Part shown: positions 29,434 through 39,258 of the stretch, in pieces
Position numbering within the stretch: position 1 is the stretch's first letter
Layout: every line of letters begins with the position of its first letter
From: Dehalogenimonas sp.
Lineage (GTDB): Bacteria; Chloroflexota; Dehalococcoidia; Dehalococcoidales; Dehalococcoidaceae
DNA: 64,000 nucleotides
Direction of reading: 5' to 3'
NCBI GenBank assembly: GCA_050864255.1
Contig: JBOWAX010000005.1
Location: 27,906-91,905 of the forward strand
Notes under the pieces: model-generated
Database searches by the model: none
Told to the model about the DNA's origin: nothing
The model's input: only the letters and a program-made list of their open reading frames with translations
Program-made: the position numbers and the translations under genes

Positions 29434-30777
29434 TCATAGAGCTTGTTTAACTAAAGCGGTTTTTATCAGTTGATCCGCTTGCTCGTAAATTCTTCGAGCT
29501 TCGGTTTCACTTTTCGCTTCCACTGTCAGCCGTATCTTTGGCTCAGTACCCGAAAATCTAATCAATAACCACCCATTTTTAAAGGTACACTTCAAACCAT
29601 CGGTTTTGTCCAAGCTACCGGGGTTTAAGGCCATTAGACTCTTCTCAATGCCATATATGTCGGGAGCCGTGTAATACCGTAGACTGCCGCGGAGCATGGG
29701 ATAGGAAGGGATATCGTCGACTAATTTTGTCAGATTGGTTTCAGTGGCCAGCACTGCCACTAAAGCTGCGGCGTGGATGCCGTCAGGACAATAAGAGATA
29801 CTGGGAAAAATCCAGGCACCGCAAGGTTCCCCCCCAAATTTGATGCCGGTTCGCTTGAGTTCGCTCGACACTGCGCTATCACCCACCCGGGTACGTTTTA
29901 CCGTGAGACCGGATTCTTCAATAGTCATGGAGGCATCCACCGTGGTGACTACCTCTTTTACCTTTAAATAATGCGCCAGCACTATCAGTAATTTATCACC
30001 GGAAATGATCTCGCCTCGATCATTAACAACTATCAATCTATCGGCATCACCGTCATGAGCTAGCCCAATCCTGGCTTTGGTTGCCACCACTTTTTGCTTC
30101 AATTCTTTAAGGCTTGTGTCAGTGGGTTCACTGGCCCGAGGGAAAGTACCACTGGGTTGGCAATTAATTAAGACTGCTTTTGTCCCCATTTTTTGCATTA
30201 AATTGGGGGTGATGACTGAGCCTGCACCACCGCCGCAGTCAATAACAACCTTAACTCTGCCCAAGCTGCCGATGAAATTATTCAGTATCCGGTTAAGATG
30301 GCCGTTGACGGCACCTTCATATTTGGGGATTTTCATCGCGCCGTTATTGAAAGCCGACACTCCTTTATTTGAATTTATCAACCCCTCGGCCCGAGTTTCT
30401 TGGGCGTCATCAAACGCGGCTCCGTCGGGATTCCAGAATTTTATTCCATTGTATTCAGGGGGATTATGGGATGCTGTGACCATTACTCCCGTACTGAAAT
30501 GCCTTGTTGTATAAGCCAGGGTGGGTGTAGGTAGCAGACCCGCATCCAGGCACAAGGCACCGGAGGACTTTATGCCGTTAAACAATGCTTTCTTTATGGT
30601 TGGGGTGGAAACACGGGTATCCCCGCCAATTACTATGTTTCCGTATTGTTCCCCTGTCACCACGCCGACCTTATACGCCAAATCAACCAGTTGTTGATCA
30701 GCAATCCGGCGGATTCCGGAACTACCAAAGAGGCGAGGGGGTAAACCAACCCTTTTCTCACCAGCACTAATACTCAT
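29434..30777 (-). CDS. Phosphohexomutase (GlmM / phosphomannomutase family)
   Basis: The active-site loop TASHNPPEYNGIKF and the metal loop GLAHDGDADR are present. 447 aa. Confidence 0.88.
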   Translation of the reverse strand: MSISAGEKRVGLPPRLFGSSGIRRIADQQLVDLAYKVGVVTGEQYGNIVIGGDTRVSTPTIKKALFNGIKSSGALCLDAGLLPTPTLAYTTRHFSTGVMVTASHNPPEYNGIKFWNPDGAAFDDAQETRAEGLINSNKGVSAFNNGAMKIPKYEGAVNGHLNRILNNFIGSLGRVKVVIDCGGGAGSVITPNLMQKMGTKAVLINCQPSGTFPRASEPTDTSLKELKQKVVATKARIGLAHDGDADRLIVVNDRGEIISGDKLLIVLAHYLKVKEVVTTVDASMTIEESGLTVKRTRVGDSAVSSELKRTGIKFGGEPCGAWIFPSISYCPDGIHAAALVAVLATETNLTKLVDDIPSYPMLRGSLRYYTAPDIYGIEKSLMALNPGSLDKTDGLKCTFKNGWLLIRFSGTEPKIRLTVEAKSETEARRIYEQADQLIKTALVKQAL

Positions 30778-30845
30778 CTCGTCAAAACCTCAATAAAAAT
30801 ACAGAATAATATTGGCAGAATAATTACTCTCAGTTACTTGATAAC

Positions 30846-31535
30846 TTAATTACCGAAGTCAGATGCCGCAACACTGACATCCTGCTTTGAATCTGGAAAC
30901 CTGACCTGTTCATGTTCCTGGGTCAATTTAACCAAATCAGACCTTGAAGAGACGCCAAGTTTGCGTTTTACATTAGCCCGATGCACCTCGACTGTCCGCC
31001 GGCTGATAAATAGCCTTTTGGCAATATCTTCATTTTTGGTACCCGCGGCAATCAGATGCAAAATTTCCCGTTCTCTGTGGCTCAATGTTTCATAAGGGTC
31101 TTTAAGGGATAATGGCATCTTGCGGGTGTAAATATCAATAGCCCTTTCAGATAAGGAAGGGCTGAGGAAATGGTGATCGGTTGAGACCTCAGAGATGGCG
31201 CGCAACAAGTCTTCGGAAGAGGCATCTTTGAGGACGTAGCCTTTAGCTCCGGCCCGTAACGCTTCCACAACATAATTCTCATCGTCGTACATTGACAGTA
31301 CGATAACTTTAATAGCTGGGTTGGTTTTCAATATGTGTCTGGTTACTTCCAGCCCGTTCATGTTGCCCATCATTAAATCAACAATAAGTATGTCCGGTTT
31401 GACTTTTTCAAGCAGGCTTATGGCTTCCAGGCCGTCTGAGGCCTCACCCAGAATCTGATAACCATGCCCTTCAAGCATGGTCCTGATACCTTGCCGTACC
31501 AGATTGTGGTCGTCAACGAGAACAATACCAACCAT
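30846..31535 (-). CDS. NarL/LuxR-family response regulator
   Basis: MVGIVLVDDH..., PDILIVDLMM (canonical Asp), and a LuxR HTH (LSHREREILHLIAAGTKNEDIA). The start at 31535 has SD GGGGGA. The ORF track extends it to 31595. Confidence 0.88.
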   Translation of the reverse strand: MVGIVLVDDHNLVRQGIRTMLEGHGYQILGEASDGLEAISLLEKVKPDILIVDLMMGNMNGLEVTRHILKTNPAIKVIVLSMYDDENYVVEALRAGAKGYVLKDASSEDLLRAISEVSTDHHFLSPSLSERAIDIYTRKMPLSLKDPYETLSHREREILHLIAAGTKNEDIAKRLFISRRTVEVHRANVKRKLGVSSRSDLVKLTQEHEQVRFPDSKQDVSVAASDFGN

Positions 31536-31675
31536 CTTGTTTTCCCCCAAATTTAATCCCCGAATAATTTTATTGGTGCCGTCTTCCTGCACCACCAGAC
31601 ACTAGTATTCTACAACCACTTTTTCTACCGTCACTGTAAGTAAACACGGTAATTCACTCGGTTTCGTAATAAAAT

Positions 31676-31691
31676 TAGGTAATATTACCTA
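31676..31691. promoter_or_regulatory. Perfect 16-bp palindrome TAGGTAATATTACCTA in a divergent intergenic region (candidate operator)
   Basis: Read directly from the sequence. It lies between the regulator gene (30846-31535, minus) and the dehydratase gene (31830, plus). A further TAGGTAAT sits at 31754-31761. Confidence 0.5.
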
Positions 31692-31829
31692 GGAAACCCG
31701 AATGTATAACCTGAATCGGAGGGTTGGTATTTGGTGAATCTTGGTGAGATATGTAGGTAATAGTCACACTAGCCCGGTATATCCATACACCATACACTTA
31801 ACGCAATACCTAGCAAGGGAGGTCTCGAC

Positions 31830-32837
31830 ATGGCTGAAAAATGTAGCGGCGAAGCGCCCAACTATTGGACCGGAAAACGATGTCTGGTTACCGGGGGATA
31901 CGGCTTCGGTGGCGGACATCTTTGTGAGCAGTTGTTGGAAAAGGGAGCCCAGGTCTACGTTTATGATCGTGAAGCACCCGGTGATTCCTATCTGGCTCTT
32001 TCAGGACTGGTTGATCAGGTTGTCTACATACCGGGGGATACCCGGGACTTAGACCTGGTAAAAACTACCCTGGCGCGATTTGAAATCAATACTGTTTTTC
32101 ACTTAGCTGCCCAACCCATTGTTCCGGTATGTAATTCCTGTCCCTATGAATCCCTCTCAATAAACGTATTGGGCACGTACTCAGTCTTGGAAGCTGTCAG
32201 GACATGCGTGCCGTCCCCTGTGTTAATTTTTGCCTCCAGCGGCGCCTATTACGGGACAACATTTGAAAAGAACCCAATCCCGGAGGATTATCCACCGCAG
32301 GCAGCAGCCAATATATATGCCCCCTCCAAAGTCGCCGGAGACTTTGCTGTACGTTCTTATGCCAAAACTTATGGCCTAAAAGCGGCGGTTTGTCGCTTTA
32401 TCAATACTTACGGTCCCGGCAACCGGAACTCAAGTACCATCGTCCCAAAGGCTATCGGTAAACTAATTCGGGGGGAACCGTATGACTTCGGTGATCGGGA
32501 TGACGGCACGTCGGCTTTTGACTATCTAAATATCGGGGATATGACCCGGGGTTATCTGGCAGTCGGAGAGAATATTGCTCAAATATCCGGAGAGGCCTTC
32601 AATTTCGGCGGCGGATACCCCATTTCGGTTCATGATCTTGTCTGCCTCATTAGCCGTCTTTACGACGGGGTGGAGCGGGAACCCATATTTCACGGGCGGA
32701 AAAAGGAAAAACAGGTTCGTAAATGTTTGGATACCGGTAAGGCTCGCCAACAATTGGGTTGGCAGCCGAGCATAAGTTTGGAAGATGGGCTCAAGGAGAC
32801 AATAAGATGGTACAAAGAACACCAGAACTGTCTTTAA
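31830..32837 (+). CDS. NAD-dependent sugar-nucleotide 4,6-dehydratase/epimerase (CDP-glucose 4,6-dehydratase-like)
   Basis: YWTGKRCLVTGGYGFGGGHL resembles the N-terminus of CDP-glucose 4,6-dehydratases. The catalytic YAPSK is present. SD AGGGAGG precedes the start. Confidence 0.75.
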   Translation: MAEKCSGEAPNYWTGKRCLVTGGYGFGGGHLCEQLLEKGAQVYVYDREAPGDSYLALSGLVDQVVYIPGDTRDLDLVKTTLARFEINTVFHLAAQPIVPVCNSCPYESLSINVLGTYSVLEAVRTCVPSPVLIFASSGAYYGTTFEKNPIPEDYPPQAAANIYAPSKVAGDFAVRSYAKTYGLKAAVCRFINTYGPGNRNSSTIVPKAIGKLIRGEPYDFGDRDDGTSAFDYLNIGDMTRGYLAVGENIAQISGEAFNFGGGYPISVHDLVCLISRLYDGVEREPIFHGRKKEKQVRKCLDTGKARQQLGWQPSISLEDGLKETIRWYKEHQNCL

Positions 32838-34054
32838 AAACCGAGGCCTGGGGTGACGGGTTGGATATATTCAGAGTGCTGCATGATCCTGATTTAAGAC
32901 AGAAGGAATTTCCGATTACGGCCGCCAAAGTCTTTTTAGCTCATGCCGCGAGTTCCCCGCTTCCGTTTCGGGTTTCTGAGGCCATGGTTGATTACGTGCG
33001 ACGGGCTTCAACTGAGGGGCAGTGGGAATATATTAATCATCAGATAGAAGAAGAGACAAGGGACTTTGCGGCCTTACTTTTGGGGGCTGAGAAAGATGAA
33101 ATCGCATTGGTGGCTTCAACATCGGCTGGTTTGAATATCGTCGCTGCCGGATTGCCATGGCAATCCGGCGACAATGTGATTATCGCCGATGGTGATTTCC
33201 CGGCTAATGTGTACCCCTGGTTGAATTTGCAGGCGCTGGGTGTCCAGGTGAAGTTTATTCCCAGGACTGAGGACGGCTCTGTCACCCTCAAGAATATAAT
33301 ACCGCTGGTTGATCAGCGTACCCGTTTGGTGTCGTTATCAAGTGTTAATTATCTTACCGGATTTCAGATTGATGTCCCCGGTATTGGTGCTTATCTCAAG
33401 GGCCGTAATATCTTGTTTTGCGTTGATGCTATCCAGAGTGCAGGTATATTTCCGACTGATTTAAAGTATGTTGATTTCTTGGCTGCCGGGGCCAATAAGT
33501 GGTTGTTGGGGCCATTGGGTACGGGTATATTATTTGTAAGCAAGAAGAACTTTGACGTGCTATCCCCTAGTTGGGTCGGTTGGAAAAATGTCCGTTCATA
33601 TAACAACTATACAGCTTATGACCTTTGCTTCGTGGATTCGGCGAAGAAGTATGAACCGACGCCGATTTGTATTTCGGGGATGTTTGGCTTGCACAGTGCC
33701 CTTAAAATGATACTTGAGGTTCAAGTAACTGAAATCGCTGCCAGATTAGCCGATGTCCGGCATCGGCTGGTCTCAATCCTGAAAGAAAAGGGTTTTAATG
33801 TGCTTAATGGAGGTGATGAGCAGCGATACACCGGTATCACTTCTTTTACCTCACCCAAGATTGATATCGCAGGCATGAGGAATCAAATTGATGCCGATGG
33901 CTTTGTGGTTTCCCTCAGAGACGGGTTAACCTGCGGTAAATATATCAGAGTTGGGCCTCATTTTTACAATACCGATGATGAGATCCAGCGATTTTTGGAT
34001 AATCTGCCAACGTTGAGAAGACTTAGGAAATCCCATTATCGTAAGCTAAACTAG
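32807..34054 (+). CDS. Class V (fold-type I) PLP-dependent aminotransferase / desulfurase-like enzyme
   Basis: AAGANKWLLGPLGTGILF carries the PLP lysine context. The start at 32807 has SD AAGGAG and overlaps the dehydratase gene by 31 nt. Confidence 0.7.
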   Translation: MVQRTPELSLKTEAWGDGLDIFRVLHDPDLRQKEFPITAAKVFLAHAASSPLPFRVSEAMVDYVRRASTEGQWEYINHQIEEETRDFAALLLGAEKDEIALVASTSAGLNIVAAGLPWQSGDNVIIADGDFPANVYPWLNLQALGVQVKFIPRTEDGSVTLKNIIPLVDQRTRLVSLSSVNYLTGFQIDVPGIGAYLKGRNILFCVDAIQSAGIFPTDLKYVDFLAAGANKWLLGPLGTGILFVSKKNFDVLSPSWVGWKNVRSYNNYTAYDLCFVDSAKKYEPTPICISGMFGLHSALKMILEVQVTEIAARLADVRHRLVSILKEKGFNVLNGGDEQRYTGITSFTSPKIDIAGMRNQIDADGFVVSLRDGLTCGKYIRVGPHFYNTDDEIQRFLDNLPTLRRLRKSHYRKLN

Positions 34055-35175
34055 TCCATTTTACCGTGATTTTTCATTAGTGCGGCATATTGTTCAAACC
34101 ACTCAGGGAGTGAATGGTAAGCCGTCGTAATATAACAATACGCCAGGCCCTTGGACCAGGCATCAGCGGTTAGCGTGTAAGCTTCTTGGGGGGTTAGATT
34201 TTCATAGTGACCGGTAACGCTAATCCGATAGCCCCAATCTAGTTGGACTTGGGTGAGGTCCTGTCCCTTCCAATTTTCATTGGCGTGCATCAGGTCAAAA
34301 CCACCATTGGTAAAATACCAACTGTCAAAATCCGCAACACCTACATTCCCCCAGGTTATCAGACCGTAGCTATGGGCCAGATCGGTCAAGGCCTGCAGAT
34401 ATTTTTTTGACGCTGCATCCGGAAATGAACTGCATTCATCGATAAATATCCCTGTTACACCGTCATTTTCAGCCATATTTTTTATCAATCGGAGATTGGT
34501 TTCCAGACTGTACCATTGGGAAGGGATGGCGCCTGCTGATCCGAAACCTTCGTAGCCGGCGGTTATGTAGCCGATTACTTTAATGCCGGCTTCTTTGTAA
34601 CTATTGATATTTGGGAATATCTCTGGGCCTGAAAGTTCTCCCCAAAGGCCATGGGGAGTATTTCCGATAAAATATTCCGGGTTTATATTTAAAATACGGT
34701 TGTCAATGGTTGGGGTATGTTGGCCGTAGTACACAAGATTGATATTCAGTTCCTCTTCGTCCGGTGGTTTTATTGTATCGGGCATCTGTCTCACCTCAAT
34801 GTTAAAAGATTTAGTATCGGTGGTCTGACCGTCAGTAACGGTGACATTTATGTTGGCGTATAATCCGACCGCAGGCTGCAACCAGATGATTGATGGTCTG
34901 GAGCTGTCAAGTATCGCTCCTGCAGGCAGGTTGGTTGCTTCATATAAAAGGAGGTCTTCGTCAAGATCAGTTGCTTCTATACAAATTTCCAAACGAAAGC
35001 CGGCGGCGGCAATTCTATCCTGGATGGGGGAAAGGCTTGGCGGATGGTTTTCTGGTGAATCGGTGAGTGCCGCTGGTGCCATTTGAAACAATACTCCAAC
35101 AATGATCACCCCAGCCAAACCCAATAGATATTCTTTACGGGTTAGCCGTCGGATCCACAATAATACGCTATTCAA
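34051..35175 (-). CDS. Membrane-anchored cadherin-like Ig domain plus Sph3/spherulin-4-like (beta/alpha)8 putative glycoside hydrolase
   Basis: N-terminal TM, then an Ig-like module (EATDLDEDLLLYEATNLPAGA). Barrel motifs shared with the genes at 53367 and 55703 follow: LVYYGQH, GNTPHGLWG, GIKVIGYITAGY, GIFIDECSS. The start is uncertain (TTG). Confidence 0.55.
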   Translation of the reverse strand: MNSVLLWIRRLTRKEYLLGLAGVIIVGVLFQMAPAALTDSPENHPPSLSPIQDRIAAAGFRLEICIEATDLDEDLLLYEATNLPAGAILDSSRPSIIWLQPAVGLYANINVTVTDGQTTDTKSFNIEVRQMPDTIKPPDEEELNINLVYYGQHTPTIDNRILNINPEYFIGNTPHGLWGELSGPEIFPNINSYKEAGIKVIGYITAGYEGFGSAGAIPSQWYSLETNLRLIKNMAENDGVTGIFIDECSSFPDAASKKYLQALTDLAHSYGLITWGNVGVADFDSWYFTNGGFDLMHANENWKGQDLTQVQLDWGYRISVTGHYENLTPQEAYTLTADAWSKGLAYCYITTAYHSLPEWFEQYAALMKNHGKMD

Positions 35176-35510
35176 AATACATTCAAATCCTGCTTATTTT
35201 GGGTGCGGCGTTGAGAAAATACTCCGCGCCGATAAGTATAGACTATCATTGGTTTCAACGTGTCGCAATCGGTAACATACCGAAATAGTTGACTTTGACC
35301 ATTGGTCCGAACCCCAATTCGGAAGAGTTGTAAATAGGCCAACAACTCAAATCGCAACCTTCAAAATCCTGTGAAAAAGACTTATGCCGGGCGATTTCTA
35401 TAATTAGTTAGGTATTTAGCCATTACGCAAATAGGTAAATTACTTATGGTGATACGCAATATTTCCGGCTAATATGGAATCAGGTGGTTTGACTCTGGTA
35501 CAGGGGAATA

Positions 35511-36914
35511 ATGCCACTGGAGAATAAATTAGTTGGCATGAGGGTATGTATTGTTTCCGAAGGGTCTTACCCCGTTACGCGAGGCGGGTTGAGCGAGTGG
35601 GCTCATATGTTGATTAAGTCACTCAGCAGTGTGCGTTTTGATGTCTTTTGTATTGTGCCTTATGACGAGCCTCAGGTGTCGGTCTACCCAAAATTGCCGA
35701 ATATTGACCGCGTGGTAATCAAACCCATATTACGGAGCCGACCTCATTTTTCTCCCAGAGAATTAGCTCCGAAAATCCGCCGTTCTTTGCCGGGGGTTAT
35801 TAGACAGATGACAGACGGAAAGGCAATGACTTTAACAAGTCTGACCGATTCGAAACAGCGATGTCCGGCAAGTAAAGCTTGGTTAGCTTCTGAATCGTAT
35901 TGGGATTGTGTAACCGGCATCTATAAGGATTCACATTCGGAAGAGTCGCTGACTGACTATTTTTGGTCGGTTTTTGGTTTCAATTCAATCTTGCTTGACA
36001 GCCTGAATTTTATCAATGAAATGCCCAGGGCGGATATATATCACTCTTTGAGTACCGGGTTCGCCGGTTATGCTTGCGCTATCGCCAAACTGACCAGAAA
36101 CAAGCCGATGGTGACCACCGAGCAAGGGTTGTATCTGGTTGAAAGACGGGCTGAATTGACCCAGAGTGATGTTTCTCCCCTTTATCGTGATTTGGGGTTC
36201 AAGTTTTCAGAATCCTTGGTTAGAACCTCCTATCAATATGCCGATAGGATTGTGCCGCCATGTTATATTCCGCACACCAAGATTGAAAAAGACTTGGGTG
36301 CTGACCCTATTAAAATCACGGTAATCAATAATGGTATTGAGGTAGAGCGTTTCACACCGGGGAATCGGACGGGCGAGAAGGTTGTAATCGGCTGTTTTGC
36401 CCGTGTCGTACCTATCAAAGGAATAACCGATTTGATCAAAGCGGCCAAAATAGTAACTCAGCGCTGCGATGCGGAATTTGTCGTATTAGGTGAGATTCAG
36501 GACAAGAATTATCATCAGAAGTGTCTGGATCTCATTGAAGAGCTTGGAATCTCCAAATCATTCAAAATTATGGGGCATGTCAGTGCCGAAGAATGGTACC
36601 GCAAGGTAGATATATTCACCTTGTCTTCAATTTCTGAAGGTGTTCCCTATGCTCTGTTGGAAGCCATGAGTTCGGAATTGCCTTCGGTTTGTACCGCTGT
36701 GGGTGGTGTGCCTGAGATTATGAGCGATGGTGTTGGCTTTGTAGTGCCTCCGGGTGAACCAGAGGCGCTGGCAGATAAGCTTTGCCTGTTGGTTGAGGAT
36801 AAGGAGTTACGCAAAAAATTAGGCAATCACGCGATTAATGTGGCCCATCAGAAGTACACCCTGACTGAAATGGCTGGGAAATTTCTTAAACTATATGAGG
36901 AATTGGCAGGATGA
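35511..36914 (+). CDS. PelF-like family 4 glycosyltransferase
   Basis: The N-terminus MRVCIVSEGSYPVTRGGLSEWAHML fits the PelF-type N-terminal domain. The GT4 C-terminal half carries SISEGVPYALLEAMSSELP. Confidence 0.75.
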   Translation: MPLENKLVGMRVCIVSEGSYPVTRGGLSEWAHMLIKSLSSVRFDVFCIVPYDEPQVSVYPKLPNIDRVVIKPILRSRPHFSPRELAPKIRRSLPGVIRQMTDGKAMTLTSLTDSKQRCPASKAWLASESYWDCVTGIYKDSHSEESLTDYFWSVFGFNSILLDSLNFINEMPRADIYHSLSTGFAGYACAIAKLTRNKPMVTTEQGLYLVERRAELTQSDVSPLYRDLGFKFSESLVRTSYQYADRIVPPCYIPHTKIEKDLGADPIKITVINNGIEVERFTPGNRTGEKVVIGCFARVVPIKGITDLIKAAKIVTQRCDAEFVVLGEIQDKNYHQKCLDLIEELGISKSFKIMGHVSAEEWYRKVDIFTLSSISEGVPYALLEAMSSELPSVCTAVGGVPEIMSDGVGFVVPPGEPEALADKLCLLVEDKELRKKLGNHAINVAHQKYTLTEMAGKFLKLYEELAG

Positions 36915-38290
36915 GAGGTGAAGGGGTGCCCATCACTACGGTCCTTCCCCCAAAGGCTAACAACCCTTCCATGACCCGTGCGGTTTTATTTATTACTCCG
37001 GCGCTGGTGGTTACAATTGTATCTGTGGTGTTGTTTTCCCTTCTGGATGGCTTGCCAGCCGCAGACTTCAATATTTTTTCGGTCACTATTCTGGCAGCAG
37101 TCATTATTAGTCTTCTGTCGGCGGCGGTCATCCAAATATTGATTTATCGGATAATTGAAGAAAATAAAACTTATCCGATTGAGGCTGCACGGAGAAGCGT
37201 TGGCCTCGGAATGAAATACAGTTTTGTTTCCTCATTAGTGGTTTCGGCGCTTATCTTCCCATATTTAACGCGGGTCGTGGGTCTGTCGGATCAGGATTTT
37301 CTGTTTTTTGCCGCCCTCCATTTCCTTTATTCAGGTGCCTGGGTGGTAATTTCGGTATACTGGGCGACCAAACATTATCTCTACCCCACCATTATTTTTA
37401 TCGTGGGTTATATGGTTGTATTTTTTGCAACCTATGGAATGTACCAGGTTTCCCCGGGCAACATCATTATCGGCTACACCGGAGGCATTGCGGTATTGCT
37501 GATTCTATCTTTGCTAAGTGTGTCATCGGCTTTCCCAAAGTCAAAGACGGGGAAGATTATTTCGAATGATCTTTCGCGGCTTCCTAAAATGGATAGCCCC
37601 ACCAGATGGGCCATTATGTTTAATACCACGTATATTCTGGCCATTTTTCTGGATAAGATTGTAATTTGGATATTTCAGGCCCAGGCAACCGGGGGCGGGC
37701 TTTTGATTTCCGGTACGTACACCCTCGCCTCTTTTCTGGGGTTGATTCCGATGTTGAGTATCGGAACTATCGCCTATTTCAATGACCGAACCAGTTTACT
37801 GGTGGAAAAGCGTTATCAAGGTACGCAAAGCCAGATCAAAGCCAGGATAAATGAGTATCGCCGAGCCTATTGGCGCAGCTTTATGGTAACGCTGTTGATT
37901 TCCCTGATCTTGGCGCTGGTTTTGATCTTTGTCGTGGTTTATTACTTTCCAGATTTCGGCTCAACCGCAGTCATTACTTCAGTGGCAATCGGGTCCTTCT
38001 TTCTTAGCGGTATTGTGTTTAACTCTGTGGTACTGCCGATATTCGGCCAGTCTAAATATTCAACATTGGCGGTGTTTATGGTAGTCATCGGGGTTCTTGC
38101 AGCTGTCCCGGTCATTAGCTCTGAAATCTGGTTTGCGGCTTTGGGCTTCATGACGGGTTGCATCATGGGATTTTTAATCAGCTTTATTAAAACAGCCAGT
38201 TGCCTGGGAAAATTTGAGTTCAATATGTTTCGTTTTATCTCCCAAAATACACTTAGAGAATTAAATCAAAAAAGGAGTTATCTATCATGA
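36911..38290 (+). CDS. PelG-like polytopic membrane protein (putative polysaccharide exporter)
   Basis: 459 aa with about 12 hydrophobic segments. It has ATGA overlaps with both the pelF-like gene and the next gene. Size and position match PelG. Confidence 0.6.
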   Translation: MRGEGVPITTVLPPKANNPSMTRAVLFITPALVVTIVSVVLFSLLDGLPAADFNIFSVTILAAVIISLLSAAVIQILIYRIIEENKTYPIEAARRSVGLGMKYSFVSSLVVSALIFPYLTRVVGLSDQDFLFFAALHFLYSGAWVVISVYWATKHYLYPTIIFIVGYMVVFFATYGMYQVSPGNIIIGYTGGIAVLLILSLLSVSSAFPKSKTGKIISNDLSRLPKMDSPTRWAIMFNTTYILAIFLDKIVIWIFQAQATGGGLLISGTYTLASFLGLIPMLSIGTIAYFNDRTSLLVEKRYQGTQSQIKARINEYRRAYWRSFMVTLLISLILALVLIFVVVYYFPDFGSTAVITSVAIGSFFLSGIVFNSVVLPIFGQSKYSTLAVFMVVIGVLAAVPVISSEIWFAALGFMTGCIMGFLISFIKTASCLGKFEFNMFRFISQNTLRELNQKRSYLS

Positions 38291-39111
38291 AAAAGCTATT
38301 GGTCACCGGCGGCAGCGGATTTGTGGGGCGTCACTTGATTACGGCTCTATTAAAACACTATCCGGACCTAGAAGTCACTTCTTTGTCTCGCAGCGAGGGG
38401 GTAATTTCCAAGTTACTTATGGAATGCCCCAGTCCCAGGTTAAAAGTTGAAATGTGTGATATTCGTGACCAAAAGCAGGTTGCTAAAGTCCTGCATGATA
38501 TTGATACCGTTATTCATCTGGCGGCTATGAAACGCGTTGATCTGTGTGAAGATAAATGTCAGGAGGCTGTTAGCATTAATGTGATTGGTACCATGAATTT
38601 GTTGAAGGCATTTCACGGTGATACGTTTATCTCCATGTCAACCGATAAGGCTGTGGAACCAATGAATTGTTATGGGGCTACGAAACTGGTGGCCGAAAAA
38701 ATGGTTATGGAACAGGCCCATCTGAGTCAAAATGGCCGCCGGTTCATGATTATTCGCTCCGGTAACATTGAAGGTTCAACCGGTAGTGTTTTGGATATCT
38801 GGAAGCACCAAATTGAAGAGAGTAATGAAATCACTGTCACTGACCCCGATATGGTGCGCTTTTATACATCGGTTGAAGGGGTTATCACCCTCTACATGGC
38901 GGTATTGAAGCGAGGGGAGAACGGTAAAATATACTTCACGCCTCATGGTGACCCTTTGGTATTAAAGGAAATGACTCAAAGAGCTCTGGCGCTTTACGGC
39001 AACGACAAAACTAAAGTCAGAATTACAGGTTTGCGCCATGGGGAAAGAATGTTTGAAAAAATGTATGGCGACAACGAACCTAATATTGTTCAGTGTGAAG
39101 ATATATTGTAG
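38287..39111 (+). CDS. Short SDR of the CapD/PseB-like UDP-sugar 4,6-dehydratase family
   Basis: Motifs TGGSGFVGRHL, AAMKRVDLCE and STDKAVEPMNCYGATK. 274 aa. Confidence 0.65.
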   Translation: MKKLLVTGGSGFVGRHLITALLKHYPDLEVTSLSRSEGVISKLLMECPSPRLKVEMCDIRDQKQVAKVLHDIDTVIHLAAMKRVDLCEDKCQEAVSINVIGTMNLLKAFHGDTFISMSTDKAVEPMNCYGATKLVAEKMVMEQAHLSQNGRRFMIIRSGNIEGSTGSVLDIWKHQIEESNEITVTDPDMVRFYTSVEGVITLYMAVLKRGENGKIYFTPHGDPLVLKEMTQRALALYGNDKTKVRITGLRHGERMFEKMYGDNEPNIVQCEDIL

Positions 39112-39157
39112 TGTCTCTTAAATGAGTCTGTTGTAGGAATTGTGCAGCTCGCTGGTT

Positions 39158-39190
39158 GAACGCCGCCATTTACATGGCGGCGTTCTTATT
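39158..39190. terminator. Hairpin terminator between convergent genes
   Basis: Perfect 12-bp stem GAACGCCGCCAT / ATGGCGGCGTTC with loop TTAC, followed by TTATT. Confidence 0.6.
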
Positions 39191-39258
39191 CCATGAAGAT
39201 TTGGGTGACAGGTTAAAGGCAGTTAGGGATTGATGCCGGAATTCAGCCCCACGCCTCT

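Noticed and set aside
35172-35357. 61-aa minus-strand ORF upstream of the 34051-35175 gene
   Set aside because: It lies in the divergent promoter spacer, has no SD, and has an odd composition. The start of the adjacent real gene is itself uncertain (TTG), but extending it does not join the two ORFs.
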